IMG/VR virus record: IMGVR_UViG_3300048442_000810
Source: an uncultured virus (IMG/VR IMGVR_UViG_3300048442_000810)
Taxonomy: Duplodnaviria > Heunggongvirae > Uroviricota > Caudoviricetes
Strand: one strand, 5' to 3'
Length of the DNA: 64,000 nucleotides
Shown here: positions 29,620-38,451 of the stretch, piece after piece
Numbering within the stretch: position 1 is the first letter of the stretch
How the letters are laid out: each line of letters begins with the position of its first letter
Program-made: the position numbers and the translations under genes
The notes under the pieces: generated by a model
Databases searched by the model: none
What the model saw: only the letters and a program-made list of their open reading frames with translations
Told to the model about the DNA's origin: nothing

Positions 29620-31174
29620 CTAAATCTTCTGCCTCATCCATATATCCTGCATCCTGTAAAGAAGAGTAATCAACATTTTCAATACCTCCTAATTCTTTTA
29701 CTATGTCAGGATATTCTTCTTCAAATCTTTCTTTACCATATTCATAATTTAGATTTTCTACTCTTTCTAATTCAGCATCTAAAGTATTTGTAGGCAATGA
29801 TTTTCCTGAGCCTGTTAGATAGTTTCCGTATGTGAAAAAACGGTATTCATAGCCTCCATCAGTAAAAGGTATAAAGCCATCTCGACTCTTATATTCTACC
29901 TCTTCTCCTTTTATTTCTTGACCTTCATATTCTTGATTAGCATCTTCTAAAACATCTTCTAACTCATCTTTTAATACCTCAACTATTTTTTCTCTACTTA
30001 TAGTTTCTCCACCCTCGGCAAACCCTTGAGGGAATTTAGAACTATATATTTCATCGTTATATCGAGATGCATTATCAACTACTCTTACCCAAGTATTAGA
30101 ATCTTCTATTTCTCTTGCTTTTGATATTGCTCTTTTTTTATTTGGTGCCTCATCATCTAAATACACTACATCGTAGTTTTCATCAAAATCATAATCATCT
30201 TCGTTGTTGTAAACTCTAATAATATATTCTTTGTTTTCATCTAAATCTCCACCTTTTTCAAAACTTCTAATCACGAAAATATCTCCATCATTAGACTTGT
30301 ATTTCATTTTAGGAAAATACTTTTGTTTAGCTTCTTCAAAATTATCTCTATTCTGTCTTTCTGAATCAACAAAAATCACTTTATAATTATCTCCTGCTAA
30401 TACTTTTATTTCTTCTACATCATAATCATAATCTCCTCCGGACTGCCAATCATCTCCGAACTTTTGCTTTGCTAAATCAATTAAACCGTTTTCACTAACA
30501 AAATCATCTGTTGATGTGTAATTTCCACTTAAATCCTTTCCTAAACTGCCACCTTTTGCATATTTAGATAAATCGTATTCTTTTACTGTTCCTCCCTTTT
30601 TATAGTTTTGAAAATAATGTCCATCATATTCGTTATAATTGTTTATTGATAAATCTCTTCCCAAAGCCTCATAGTCAAAATAATATTCAGGATTTGAAAC
30701 ACCTTCAATACCTCCTACATTATCAACATAATTTTCTCCTAATTCGTAATCCCCATCATATTGTCCTATATATCTATCATCTACAAATTCCTCTAAATTA
30801 TCAGGGCTAAAATCATTTGCTATGGATTGTAATACTTCAGCAGGAATTCCTTTTTCTTCTGATATTTTATGAGTATCAATAATAATATCATAATCTGCCT
30901 CTCCCATATACTCACTATATAGGCTGCTATCAAAATTTTCGTAGTCGTGAATTGAGTGCTCAGTTTCTTCTCCGTTATGATACTTCTTGCTATATTCTTT
31001 CATAAGAGAAGCAATTTTATCGCTAACTTCTTCTCCACTATCATAATCAGTTAAATCAACCCACTCACCAACTAACCTACCTTCATTATAAGATTTTAAG
31101 TCTGCAACATAAATTTTTGGAGTATCATCTTTAAATTCTCCTCCTTTATTATATTTATATTTTTTCATTTCCAT
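29591..31174 (-). CDS. ardA: KGG-linker polyprotein, N-terminal part containing an ArdA anti-restriction domain
   Basis: IYVADL..YNEG.LVGEW...IHDYE...YFDYEALGRDL (ArdA signatures), flanked by YNKGG and YKKGG; three further linkers. Confidence 0.8.
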   Translation of the reverse strand: MEMKKYKYNKGGEFKDDTPKIYVADLKSYNEGRLVGEWVDLTDYDSGEEVSDKIASLMKEYSKKYHNGEETEHSIHDYENFDSSLYSEYMGEADYDIIIDTHKISEEKGIPAEVLQSIANDFSPDNLEEFVDDRYIGQYDGDYELGENYVDNVGGIEGVSNPEYYFDYEALGRDLSINNYNEYDGHYFQNYKKGGTVKEYDLSKYAKGGSLGKDLSGNYTSTDDFVSENGLIDLAKQKFGDDWQSGGDYDYDVEEIKVLAGDNYKVIFVDSERQNRDNFEEAKQKYFPKMKYKSNDGDIFVIRSFEKGGDLDENKEYIIRVYNNEDDYDFDENYDVVYLDDEAPNKKRAISKAREIEDSNTWVRVVDNASRYNDEIYSSKFPQGFAEGGETISREKIVEVLKDELEDVLEDANQEYEGQEIKGEEVEYKSRDGFIPFTDGGYEYRFFTYGNYLTGSGKSLPTNTLDAELERVENLNYEYGKERFEEEYPDIVKELGGIENVDYSSLQDAGYMDEAEDLDEFSRSILL

Positions 31175-31178
31175 ATTT

Positions 31179-31856
31179 TTATTTTATCAATAGTGCAGGT
31201 ATAAGAATTCCTGTCCCTACACCTAGACCATACCAAAATCCTTTTTTATCATAGAATCTAGTATCATTTCTGATAACTATATTTTTCAAACTACTAACAT
31301 TTACATAAGGATTTTCGTTTTTCACCAAGACTGAAGGTGTGGGAGCCTTGAAAAAACCGTTACTTTTCATTCCCAAAGTAATAGTTTGCCGATTATACAA
31401 AGATAAAGAATCTATCCACATACCCTTTGTATTTATAGTTGAATATATAGAGTACCATTCATCTTCCACACCGAACTTAGTAGGAAGTTTTAAAAAAGGT
31501 AATCCTGTAGCATCAAATGTAACTCTTTCAATAGTGTCTATAATGGGGACATATATACTATCTATCTTTGTAATAGTTCTAACTGTTACTTGAGATTTGA
31601 CCTTTTTTAAATCCTCTATAACAAGCAAATTTAGAGCAATGGCATCCTTTTGTGAAAGGATTACCTGCTCTTGTTCTGCTATTTTTTCTCCGTTTTCATT
31701 TAATTTCTCAACAAAAACTTGTTCTCCATCTTTAAATTTAATGACCTGACTTTTATAATCTCTTAATCTTTCATTAGCACTAAAAAGTTGCCAAATAAGA
31801 ATAAATAGAATTATAATACATATAGTTAGTGCATTATTTTTAAGTTTAGAAAACAT
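31179..31856 (-). CDS. Membrane protein with coiled coil (spanin-like, tentative)
   Basis: N-terminal TM, coiled coil, KIDSI..P..DT repeats, C-terminal Gly-rich hydrophobic end; next to the holin-like gene. Confidence 0.45.
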   Translation of the reverse strand: MFSKLKNNALTICIIILFILIWQLFSANERLRDYKSQVIKFKDGEQVFVEKLNENGEKIAEQEQVILSQKDAIALNLLVIEDLKKVKSQVTVRTITKIDSIYVPIIDTIERVTFDATGLPFLKLPTKFGVEDEWYSIYSTINTKGMWIDSLSLYNRQTITLGMKSNGFFKAPTPSVLVKNENPYVNVSSLKNIVIRNDTRFYDKKGFWYGLGVGTGILIPALLIK

Positions 31857-31864
31857 AATCCATT

Positions 31865-32059
31865 TTATTTCTTGTTTCCTATATTTGACAAGTGTTCTCC
31901 GGCATTACCTACTGCATAAATACCAAATATCCACATTACAAACTCAGACCAATTAGCAAAGTCTGCCTGTCCAATAAACAAGAAAACTGTTGCACATATA
32001 AACAATAAAATCGCAAAAAACATTTTACGACCACCTAAAAAACTAAATACTTTTTCCAT
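31865..32059 (-). CDS. Holin-like two-TM protein
   Basis: GRK then two hydrophobic helices, Y..GN. Confidence 0.55.
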   Translation of the reverse strand: MEKVFSFLGGRKMFFAILLFICATVFLFIGQADFANWSEFVMWIFGIYAVGNAGEHLSNIGNKK

Positions 32060-32071
32060 TTTTTCTTTTTT

Positions 32072-32737
32072 TTAATTCATAATTCTAACATCATATATAT
32101 TCTGATTGGCGGCTATTATTCTTCTATTAACCTCATCCCAATTTATAATTTTAAATATATTTTTGATGTATTTCGTTCTGTCTGCATCGTATTTCAAATA
32201 ATATGCGTGTTCCCACACATCTACTCCTAATAAAGGATATGATTGATACTCAGGCATATATGGATTGTCTTGATAAGGGGTAGCTAGTATATTTGTACTG
32301 CCATCTCTATTCATTACCCACCATACCCATCCTGAGCCGAATCTTTTCTGCGATGCTTCAATAATAAATTCTTTAAATTGTCCGTAAGTACCAAAGTCTT
32401 GAATAATTTTAGCCAATGAAACACCGTGTGGTGGATTTGACTTTTTTGATGGATTAGGTTTAAGCATTTTCCAAAACATAGAATGATTTACATACCCTCC
32501 TCCATTATCTCTAATTTCAATTGGGTATCTATCTATGTTCTGCATTACTCTAATAACCGGGTCAGTAATATCATATTTGTCTACTGCTGCGTTAAACTTT
32601 TTTAAATACCCTAAATAATGTTTATTGTAGTGTATTTGCATAGTTTCCTCATCAATATATGGCTCTAAACCGTTATATTTATAAGGAAGCCTTACAGGAG
32701 AAAAATGTATTAAATCATAGTCATCATATTTATTCAT
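32072..32737 (-). CDS. sod: Fe/Mn superoxide dismutase
   Basis: LPY.Y..LEPYI..ETM..H..KH, NH..FW, FGSGW.W, DVWEHAYY. Confidence 0.95.
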   Translation of the reverse strand: MNKYDDYDLIHFSPVRLPYKYNGLEPYIDEETMQIHYNKHYLGYLKKFNAAVDKYDITDPVIRVMQNIDRYPIEIRDNGGGYVNHSMFWKMLKPNPSKKSNPPHGVSLAKIIQDFGTYGQFKEFIIEASQKRFGSGWVWWVMNRDGSTNILATPYQDNPYMPEYQSYPLLGVDVWEHAYYLKYDADRTKYIKNIFKIINWDEVNRRIIAANQNIYDVRIMN

Positions 32738-33166
32738 TTTCAAACTTTTTATTGCGTGTTAAGTTGCGTGTGGTAACATACGAACCTCTGAACAAAGCAA
32801 AAGAACCAATTACACACACGACTAACAAAGCACTTAGAACAACTTTATTATTCACTTATTACTTACACTTATAGATTAAGTAACCTAACATTCCAATGAT
32901 AATTACATTGTGAACATTGTTACCACCTAAAAAATCTGCACTTTTAATATCAAACATTTTTTTTAAATTTTTGGGTTAATACTCGTTTTATTTACTCTCC
33001 TGCAAGTTATATTTTTTAATGAGATTTTTAGCGATAGTTTGTAACTTCTTTTTATCGGCTCTTGCAGGTGGGAGATTGTCGTTAGTAATATTAAGTTTAG
33101 ACTCTTGCATACTTGCAATTGTATATTTTAAATTCTTAACGATTTCTCTTGCCCTATTTACACTCA

Positions 33167-33658
33167 CTACTTCTTCAATAATAAATAGGCACCTACACCT
33201 ATTGCTATATATAAAATTAAATCATTATTATCTTTTTTACCTTCAACCGGCTCCGGATTTACTACAACTACAGGAGTAGGTGTTACAGGAACTTCTGTAA
33301 TAGGCTCAGTAACTACATTTTCTACAACGGCAGGACTGTATGGTAAAATAGGGTCAGTTAAAATAGGGTCAATAACAAAAGGTTCATCTTCTTTGGTTAC
33401 TACCACAGGTGGACCTTTTACAATTGGTGTATTGCAAGGGTCTTTATCTAATGTCCATCCTTGAGGGCAAACTGTTCCGGGGAACATATTAGAAACCCCA
33501 TATCCTTTATCACACTTATTACATATTACAGTCTGAGTAACAGGGTCTACAGGTCTAGTTGGTACACTTGGCACCGAAACAGGTGGTCGATTAGTTGGTA
33601 ATACAACCCTACTTCGACCTTGAGTAGCTGCTGCTTCAAACCATAATTCATTTGACAT
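33167..33658 (-). CDS. Tail-anchored Pro/Val-rich protein
   Basis: MSNELWF leader, small 4-Cys domain, C-terminal TM then KK. Confidence 0.7.
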   Translation of the reverse strand: MSNELWFEAAATQGRSRVVLPTNRPPVSVPSVPTRPVDPVTQTVICNKCDKGYGVSNMFPGTVCPQGWTLDKDPCNTPIVKGPPVVVTKEDEPFVIDPILTDPILPYSPAVVENVVTEPITEVPVTPTPVVVVNPEPVEGKKDNNDLILYIAIGVGAYLLLKK

Positions 33659-33851
33659 ATCTTTTTATTTTTTATTATTTAATCTAATCCTACTAATTCA
33701 TCAATAGTTTTGCCATCGAAATATTTATCTTTTAAGAAATTATCATAAAAACCAACCAAGGCTACAATAGCTAATAAGTTAAAAGCTACTTGATATTCAA
33801 AAGGGGCTAAACCACCTTTTTTTAATTTATTGTATGACCTTTTATTCATTT

Positions 33852-34067
33852 TTAATCTTCATTTATATTCCAATCTTGCTGAGGCTTTACGGCAATTATT
33901 TTAGGTGAATTTTCTTCTTTTAATTCTTTTTTTACTAATTTTATTCTTAAAACATCTAAATATGTTTTTACAATATAAGAAACTCCTATAGCAATTGCAA
34001 TAGAACCTCCTACTGTTAGTATTTTTTGAAGATGACCTTCTTCTAAATAATCTTCCCACTTAGCCAT
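33852..34067 (-). CDS. Small membrane protein
   Basis: One TM helix. Confidence 0.6.
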   Translation of the reverse strand: MAKWEDYLEEGHLQKILTVGGSIAIAIGVSYIVKTYLDVLRIKLVKKELKEENSPKIIAVKPQQDWNINED

Positions 34068-34188
34068 TTACAATGTGTTTTTAGTTATTGTAATATTTTT
34101 TGCTATATATTCTTGGTAAATCATATAAGCACCGTACCCTGCAAGGGCATATTTTATTATTGAAAACATAGTATATTATTTTTATTTG

Positions 34189-34641
34189 TTATGCTCCACA
34201 AGAACCACAAGCATTACTCATATTTGAAGTTTGCCAATCAGTACCTTGTAGGTTTCCTGATGCATTACTCATATTAGTAGTTTGCCAATTTGTTCCTTGT
34301 AAATTTCCATTTGCACCATAGAATCCGGTTCTTCTTCTTCCCGGAATAGCTGCTAACCAATTGTTATCTGCACTAGGCAATGCTTTTCTATCTCTTGGTG
34401 GACCGTAAGGAATCATATATCCTCTTCTTGCTCCTGAAGCATTCTGAAACACACCACCTTCTTGCCACATAGTTTCTCTGTTTCTACCTGACTGTTGCCA
34501 ATTTGTTCCTGTAAAACTTGAAGTTGGTTCAGCACCTTCAATTGGTGGAACTGTACTTGTTTTTGGTTTAGAGAAATGCTCGTAAGCTGCATATGCTCCA
34601 AATCCTGCTAGTCCGTAAAGACCAATTTTCATTAAATCCAT
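34189..34641 (-). CDS. N-anchored protein with repeated NASG-type motifs
   Basis: FTGTNWQQSGRNRETMWQEGGVFQNASG shared with 56764..57153; GNLQGT.WQT.NMSNA.G twice. Confidence 0.7.
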   Translation of the reverse strand: MDLMKIGLYGLAGFGAYAAYEHFSKPKTSTVPPIEGAEPTSSFTGTNWQQSGRNRETMWQEGGVFQNASGARRGYMIPYGPPRDRKALPSADNNWLAAIPGRRRTGFYGANGNLQGTNWQTTNMSNASGNLQGTDWQTSNMSNACGSCGA

Positions 34642-34660
34642 TTTTTCTTTTTTTTATTGA

Positions 34661-35074
34661 TTAATAATTATTTAATTTTTGTTTGATAGGTATTTCTAAA
34701 ACTTCGTTACCTTTAAATGTATATTCATTTTCAGGGTACATCATTTGCGAGTTACCTAAGTTGTCTATTCCCCAAACAGGAAAATCCACATCTTTCATTG
34801 TGATTCTTCCATTTGGAATGAGATTATAAGGTCTGTTTAAATCCTTACTATCTCTTTTATAACCTGTAACAGAATATATGTCACCATTAAATCCTAATGA
34901 TGCGGCTCCTCCAATTGGTAAGCCTCCTATTACTCCACTACTAGGTACAGTCACAACATATGGTTGTGATTGTCTATTAGAATCAAAAAAGTCATCACCT
35001 TCGTTAAACCACGAGTTATTCGTGTCTAACAAATTAGATACATCAGCATAGCCATCTTTAATAATACTATCCAT
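34661..35074 (-). CDS. Hypothetical protein with leader motifs and a conserved-looking C-terminal module
   Basis: SWFNEG and GFNG motifs; IP...ITMK.V.FPV.GIDNLGN.QMMYP..EY.F.G module. Confidence 0.65.
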   Translation of the reverse strand: MDSIIKDGYADVSNLLDTNNSWFNEGDDFFDSNRQSQPYVVTVPSSGVIGGLPIGGAASLGFNGDIYSVTGYKRDSKDLNRPYNLIPNGRITMKDVDFPVWGIDNLGNSQMMYPENEYTFKGNEVLEIPIKQKLNNY

Positions 35075-35240
35075 TTAATCCTTTTTTGTCTAATTCTTCT
35101 TTTACTATTTTCTTTACTCCCGGTCTAAAAACATATATTTCTGCCCACATTTCAAGAGCAACAAAGGCAGCTACTGCTACTGTAACCGTACCCCAATTTA
35201 TTTTATCACCGAATAACTTCATATTACCTTTTATATATTA

Positions 35241-35609
35241 TTAAAACAAAAATCTTGAGCCTGTAGGAATATCATATACAAAATCTTCACCTTCACAATA
35301 AAATGCTCCTTTTTTGCCATTTTTATCTAGCCAAAATTTTGATACAGTACAAGGTGTTTTACCATTAATAAGTCCTTTTGTTCCAATATGTAATCTTTCA
35401 GTTGCTTCATATTTATCATCACGAATTAAATCAATTGCATTATTATTTTTTGCATCACTAATGTTGATTGAATTATTAAATGTTGAAGCTAAATTATCCT
35501 GCCCTAAAGTTGTTTCAGTTAATTCATTTTTATCTTTTTTAATAAATAAAAAGTAAGCTGCTACTGCCGCTACTGATACACCTATAATAATTTTTGTTTT
35601 CTTATCCAT
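35241..35609 (-). CDS. N-anchored membrane protein
   Basis: N-terminal TM. Confidence 0.65.
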   Translation of the reverse strand: MDKKTKIIIGVSVAAVAAYFLFIKKDKNELTETTLGQDNLASTFNNSINISDAKNNNAIDLIRDDKYEATERLHIGTKGLINGKTPCTVSKFWLDKNGKKGAFYCEGEDFVYDIPTGSRFLF

Positions 35610-35622
35610 TTTATTATTTTAA

Positions 35623-35766
35623 TTACTTCTTTTTATATATCATCATACCTGTCTTTGTTTTTGATGCCACATAGGTACTTCCGTTATAACTAAATGATTT
35701 TTTTCCGGCTTTTCTTGCCTTTTCTTTTGCTTTCATATAAGCATTCATTGCTCTTTTCTTTGCCAT
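35623..35766 (-). CDS. 47-aa basic protein, probable DNA-condensing (not in ORF track)
   Basis: MAKKRAMNAYMKAKEKARKAGKKSFSYNGSTYVASKTKTGMMIYKKK. Confidence 0.65.
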   Translation of the reverse strand: MAKKRAMNAYMKAKEKARKAGKKSFSYNGSTYVASKTKTGMMIYKKK

Positions 35767-35768
35767 AA

Positions 35769-35933
35769 TTATTTATTTTTAAATTTATTTTTATATATGT
35801 AAAATGCTAAACCTGCCACAAGAATTGCACCTCCTATATACATTAGATTCTTATTTCTTTTTTCCGTTTTTACTTCTTGAGTACGAGCATCAATAACTGC
35901 CTGTTCTTCAATAGTATGTTGTTTAGCCGCCAT
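35769..35933 (-). CDS. 54-aa tail-anchored protein (not in ORF track)
   Basis: ...NLMYIGGAILVAGLAFYIYKNKFKNK. Confidence 0.6.
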   Translation of the reverse strand: MAAKQHTIEEQAVIDARTQEVKTEKRNKNLMYIGGAILVAGLAFYIYKNKFKNK

Positions 35934-35936
35934 AAT

Positions 35937-36203
35937 TTATTTTTTAAAAATTCCCTTACTGTAGGCATAATATACACCTACTCCAATAATTGCTATCCAA
36001 GCTAAGTTTGGTAAGCCCATAAAACCTGCTTTTTTTGGCTTTACCTCTGCCGGTTTAGTTCCCACATTATCTCCGGGTCCTATTACTTCTGCTTCAGCTA
36101 ATAATTCTTCTTTTACTTCGGCATCATCTTTTCCTGCTCCGTATAAAGCATCATTTACCTTTTTTATATATTCCGGGTCTGTTCCTTCTGCGAATCTTGA
36201 CAT
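35937..36203 (-). CDS. Tail-anchored protein, paralog of 36324..36587
   Basis: Shared KKAGFMGLP.LAW.AIIG.GVYYAY.KG.FKK. Confidence 0.7.
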   Translation of the reverse strand: MSRFAEGTDPEYIKKVNDALYGAGKDDAEVKEELLAEAEVIGPGDNVGTKPAEVKPKKAGFMGLPNLAWIAIIGVGVYYAYSKGIFKK

Positions 36204-36209
36204 AATTTT

Positions 36210-36317
36210 TTATTTTTTTCGGGTATGACTTTTTACTGTCTTACCTTTTCGTTTATAACTCTTGATTATTGTGCAAGATTTACTTCCACTTTTTTTTACT
36301 GCTTTTTTCTTTGCCAT
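36210..36317 (-). CDS. 35-aa very basic protein (not in ORF track)
   Basis: MAKKKAVKKSGSKSCTIIKSYKRKGKTVKSHTRKK. Confidence 0.6.
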   Translation of the reverse strand: MAKKKAVKKSGSKSCTIIKSYKRKGKTVKSHTRKK

Positions 36318-36323
36318 AATTTA

Positions 36324-36587
36324 TTATTTTTTAAACACTCCTTTTGTGTAAGCATAATATACACCTGCACCAATAATTGCAACCCAAGCTAAAGTTGGCA
36401 ATCCCATAAATCCTGCTTTTTTTGTTTTACCATCTAAAACTTCTGTGGTAGTAGATTCTGCTGCTACTTCAGTTGTAGGTTCAGGTGTTGCAATTTTAAC
36501 ATTATCACTAGGTGCTTCTTTAAATTGTTCTGCCAATATTTCTTTTCTTTCTGCTACGAATTTTGGGTCTATTTTTTTTGATGCCAT
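36324..36587 (-). CDS. Tail-anchored protein, paralog of 35937..36203
   Basis: Shared C-terminal 32 aa. Confidence 0.7.
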   Translation of the reverse strand: MASKKIDPKFVAERKEILAEQFKEAPSDNVKIATPEPTTEVAAESTTTEVLDGKTKKAGFMGLPTLAWVAIIGAGVYYAYTKGVFKK

Positions 36588-36605
36588 TTTTTATTAATTA
36601 ATTAT

Positions 36606-37169
36606 TTATTTATTTCTGTTTCTTAACATATATGCTATAGCTAGTGCTCCTGCTACTGCTACTCCAAAAATTAGGAGGTTATTAGTTGTTTTAGCTTTTT
36701 CTTCCGCCATATCTCTTGACAGTATCATATCGGTTTGTGCTTTACCTAATTCTATAGCAATTTGTTTTCTTGCGTTTAACTCTGCTAGTTCTCTATAGAA
36801 TCTTTTATCTTCCTTGTCATACTGCTCTTGCCTTCTTGCCATATCACGACCAAAAGCTGCGTTTTTAGCACCTATAAATATACCTGCTACTGATTGTGCA
36901 ACTGCTGAAACTGCCGTTGCAATACCTACTAAAAGTGTAGCTGCTATATTAGAGAATCTTCCCTCCTCTACCTTGCTTTGAAAAATTATTATTCTAGCAA
37001 TAAAATCTTCATCTAGCATATGATATGCTACTGCTTTATTTACTTCATCTACAGGAGTATTAACAGGCAACTCAGCATAACCATTCTCATTAAGCCATTG
37101 AATTACCAAAACTTTATGGTCAAGAATGAATCCGGCTAAACCCTTAAATGCTAAATTATTTGTTTTCAT
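36606..37169 (-). CDS. Prodomain + hydrophobic peptide + coiled coil + TM protein
   Basis: FSN then IAATLLVGIATAVSAVA, charged helix, C-terminal TM; paralog of 37169..37726. Confidence 0.7.
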   Translation of the reverse strand: MKTNNLAFKGLAGFILDHKVLVIQWLNENGYAELPVNTPVDEVNKAVAYHMLDEDFIARIIIFQSKVEEGRFSNIAATLLVGIATAVSAVAQSVAGIFIGAKNAAFGRDMARRQEQYDKEDKRFYRELAELNARKQIAIELGKAQTDMILSRDMAEEKAKTTNNLLIFGVAVAGALAIAYMLRNRNK

Positions 37170-37726
37170 TATTTCATTATTTTTATCGCTATATATACAA
37201 CTACTCCACCTGCTAATGCTATATATAATGAATTCATTCTCGTATTTTCTCTATTTTTTTGTATCAAATTTTCTTCTTGTTGTAGATAATCTGATTGTGC
37301 TAAAAGAAATTGTTTTTGCATTTCTTTTCTTTGTAAAAATGCTATTTCATCTCTTGTTTCTTTATTTAAATACCTAGACCTAAAACCTTCTCTAAATATT
37401 TCTTCACGCATTTTTTTGTTTCTGCGTATATCTTGTTGTACCGCAATTCCTGCCGTTACAACTAATAAACTTCCTATTATCCAAGCAGCCGTTGCAGTTA
37501 GAGTAAAAATTGCATTTTTATATTCATTTTCTTCAGTAGCTATTTCCATCAATCCGTTTTGTAACTCTTTATTGGTTGAGTTATCAATAACTACTTCATT
37601 TACACTTGCAATAGGTGCATTTAAAGGCAGCGATGCTATCCTTAACCTATTGATTAGGGATATTACATCATTTTTATTTTGCAGTAAAAAAACTGCTAAA
37701 TTAGATATTGCCTTTTCTTTGTTCAT
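37169..37726 (-). CDS. Prodomain + hydrophobic peptide + coiled coil + TM protein
   Basis: YKN then AIFTLTATAAWIIGSLLVV, charged helix, C-terminal TM. Confidence 0.7.
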   Translation of the reverse strand: MNKEKAISNLAVFLLQNKNDVISLINRLRIASLPLNAPIASVNEVVIDNSTNKELQNGLMEIATEENEYKNAIFTLTATAAWIIGSLLVVTAGIAVQQDIRRNKKMREEIFREGFRSRYLNKETRDEIAFLQRKEMQKQFLLAQSDYLQQEENLIQKNRENTRMNSLYIALAGGVVVYIAIKIMK

Positions 37727-37727
37727 T

Positions 37728-38225
37728 TTATACTGTTGCAGGTTTCTTTTTTAATGCTACATATGCTACCACTCCTATAACTAATGCCCCAACTCCTAAA
37801 GCAACATAGGTTAATGTTTTATCTTCTGTTTTTCTTGCAGCACTTTTCAAATTTGCTTCTTGAAACATTTTTTCAATATTAGCATCAAATTCTGCTGCTT
37901 GTTCATCTAATTTTTTCTGAGAACAGTCTAGTTCATCCCATTTATTTTTAAAGTCTAATCTTCTATTTTCTAAGGCTCTTGAATTTCTTGTGATTACTCT
38001 GTCTTTAGCACCACTATTAGCATTTTTAGTCAAATCCTTATCAATAACACCAATAGTATCATCAATGGTATCACAATCCATCTCATCTTCTAACTTGTAC
38101 TTATCGTTATATCTGTCTACTGCCTTGTTATATCTTTCTTTTTCTGCTTTTTTAGGTGCAAAAAAATCCTTGAACCAAGTTCCTCCTATAAATCCGGGGT
38201 GATTAAACCATAATTCTTCTTGCAT
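37728..38225 (-). CDS. Tail-anchored helical protein, NHPGF family
   Basis: LWFNHPGFIGGTWFKD; paralog of 53866..54459 and 55912..56601. Confidence 0.7.
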   Translation of the reverse strand: MQEELWFNHPGFIGGTWFKDFFAPKKAEKERYNKAVDRYNDKYKLEDEMDCDTIDDTIGVIDKDLTKNANSGAKDRVITRNSRALENRRLDFKNKWDELDCSQKKLDEQAAEFDANIEKMFQEANLKSAARKTEDKTLTYVALGVGALVIGVVAYVALKKKPATV

Positions 38226-38229
38226 AATT

Positions 38230-38451
38230 TTATTTTTTTAATTTACTATATATTATTATTGCTACTATCGCAAGAGATATTCCTCCTACTAATTTTAAAA
38301 CTGCACTTCCAATACTATTATCTTCTTCTTTAAATTCATCTATGCTTCCAACTGCATTAGAGTAATTTTCTTGTTTACATTTACCTCCGCACTTACATTC
38401 ACCTCCATTTTGGCAAGGGTGATACTCTTTATTTTTGCATCCACAACTCAT
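38230..38451 (-). CDS. Tail-anchored protein with Cys-rich (metallothionein-like) N-terminus
   Basis: 6 Cys in 25 aa, YSNAVG, C-terminal TM. Confidence 0.65.
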   Translation of the reverse strand: MSCGCKNKEYHPCQNGGECKCGGKCKQENYSNAVGSIDEFKEEDNSIGSAVLKLVGGISLAIVAIIIYSKLKK

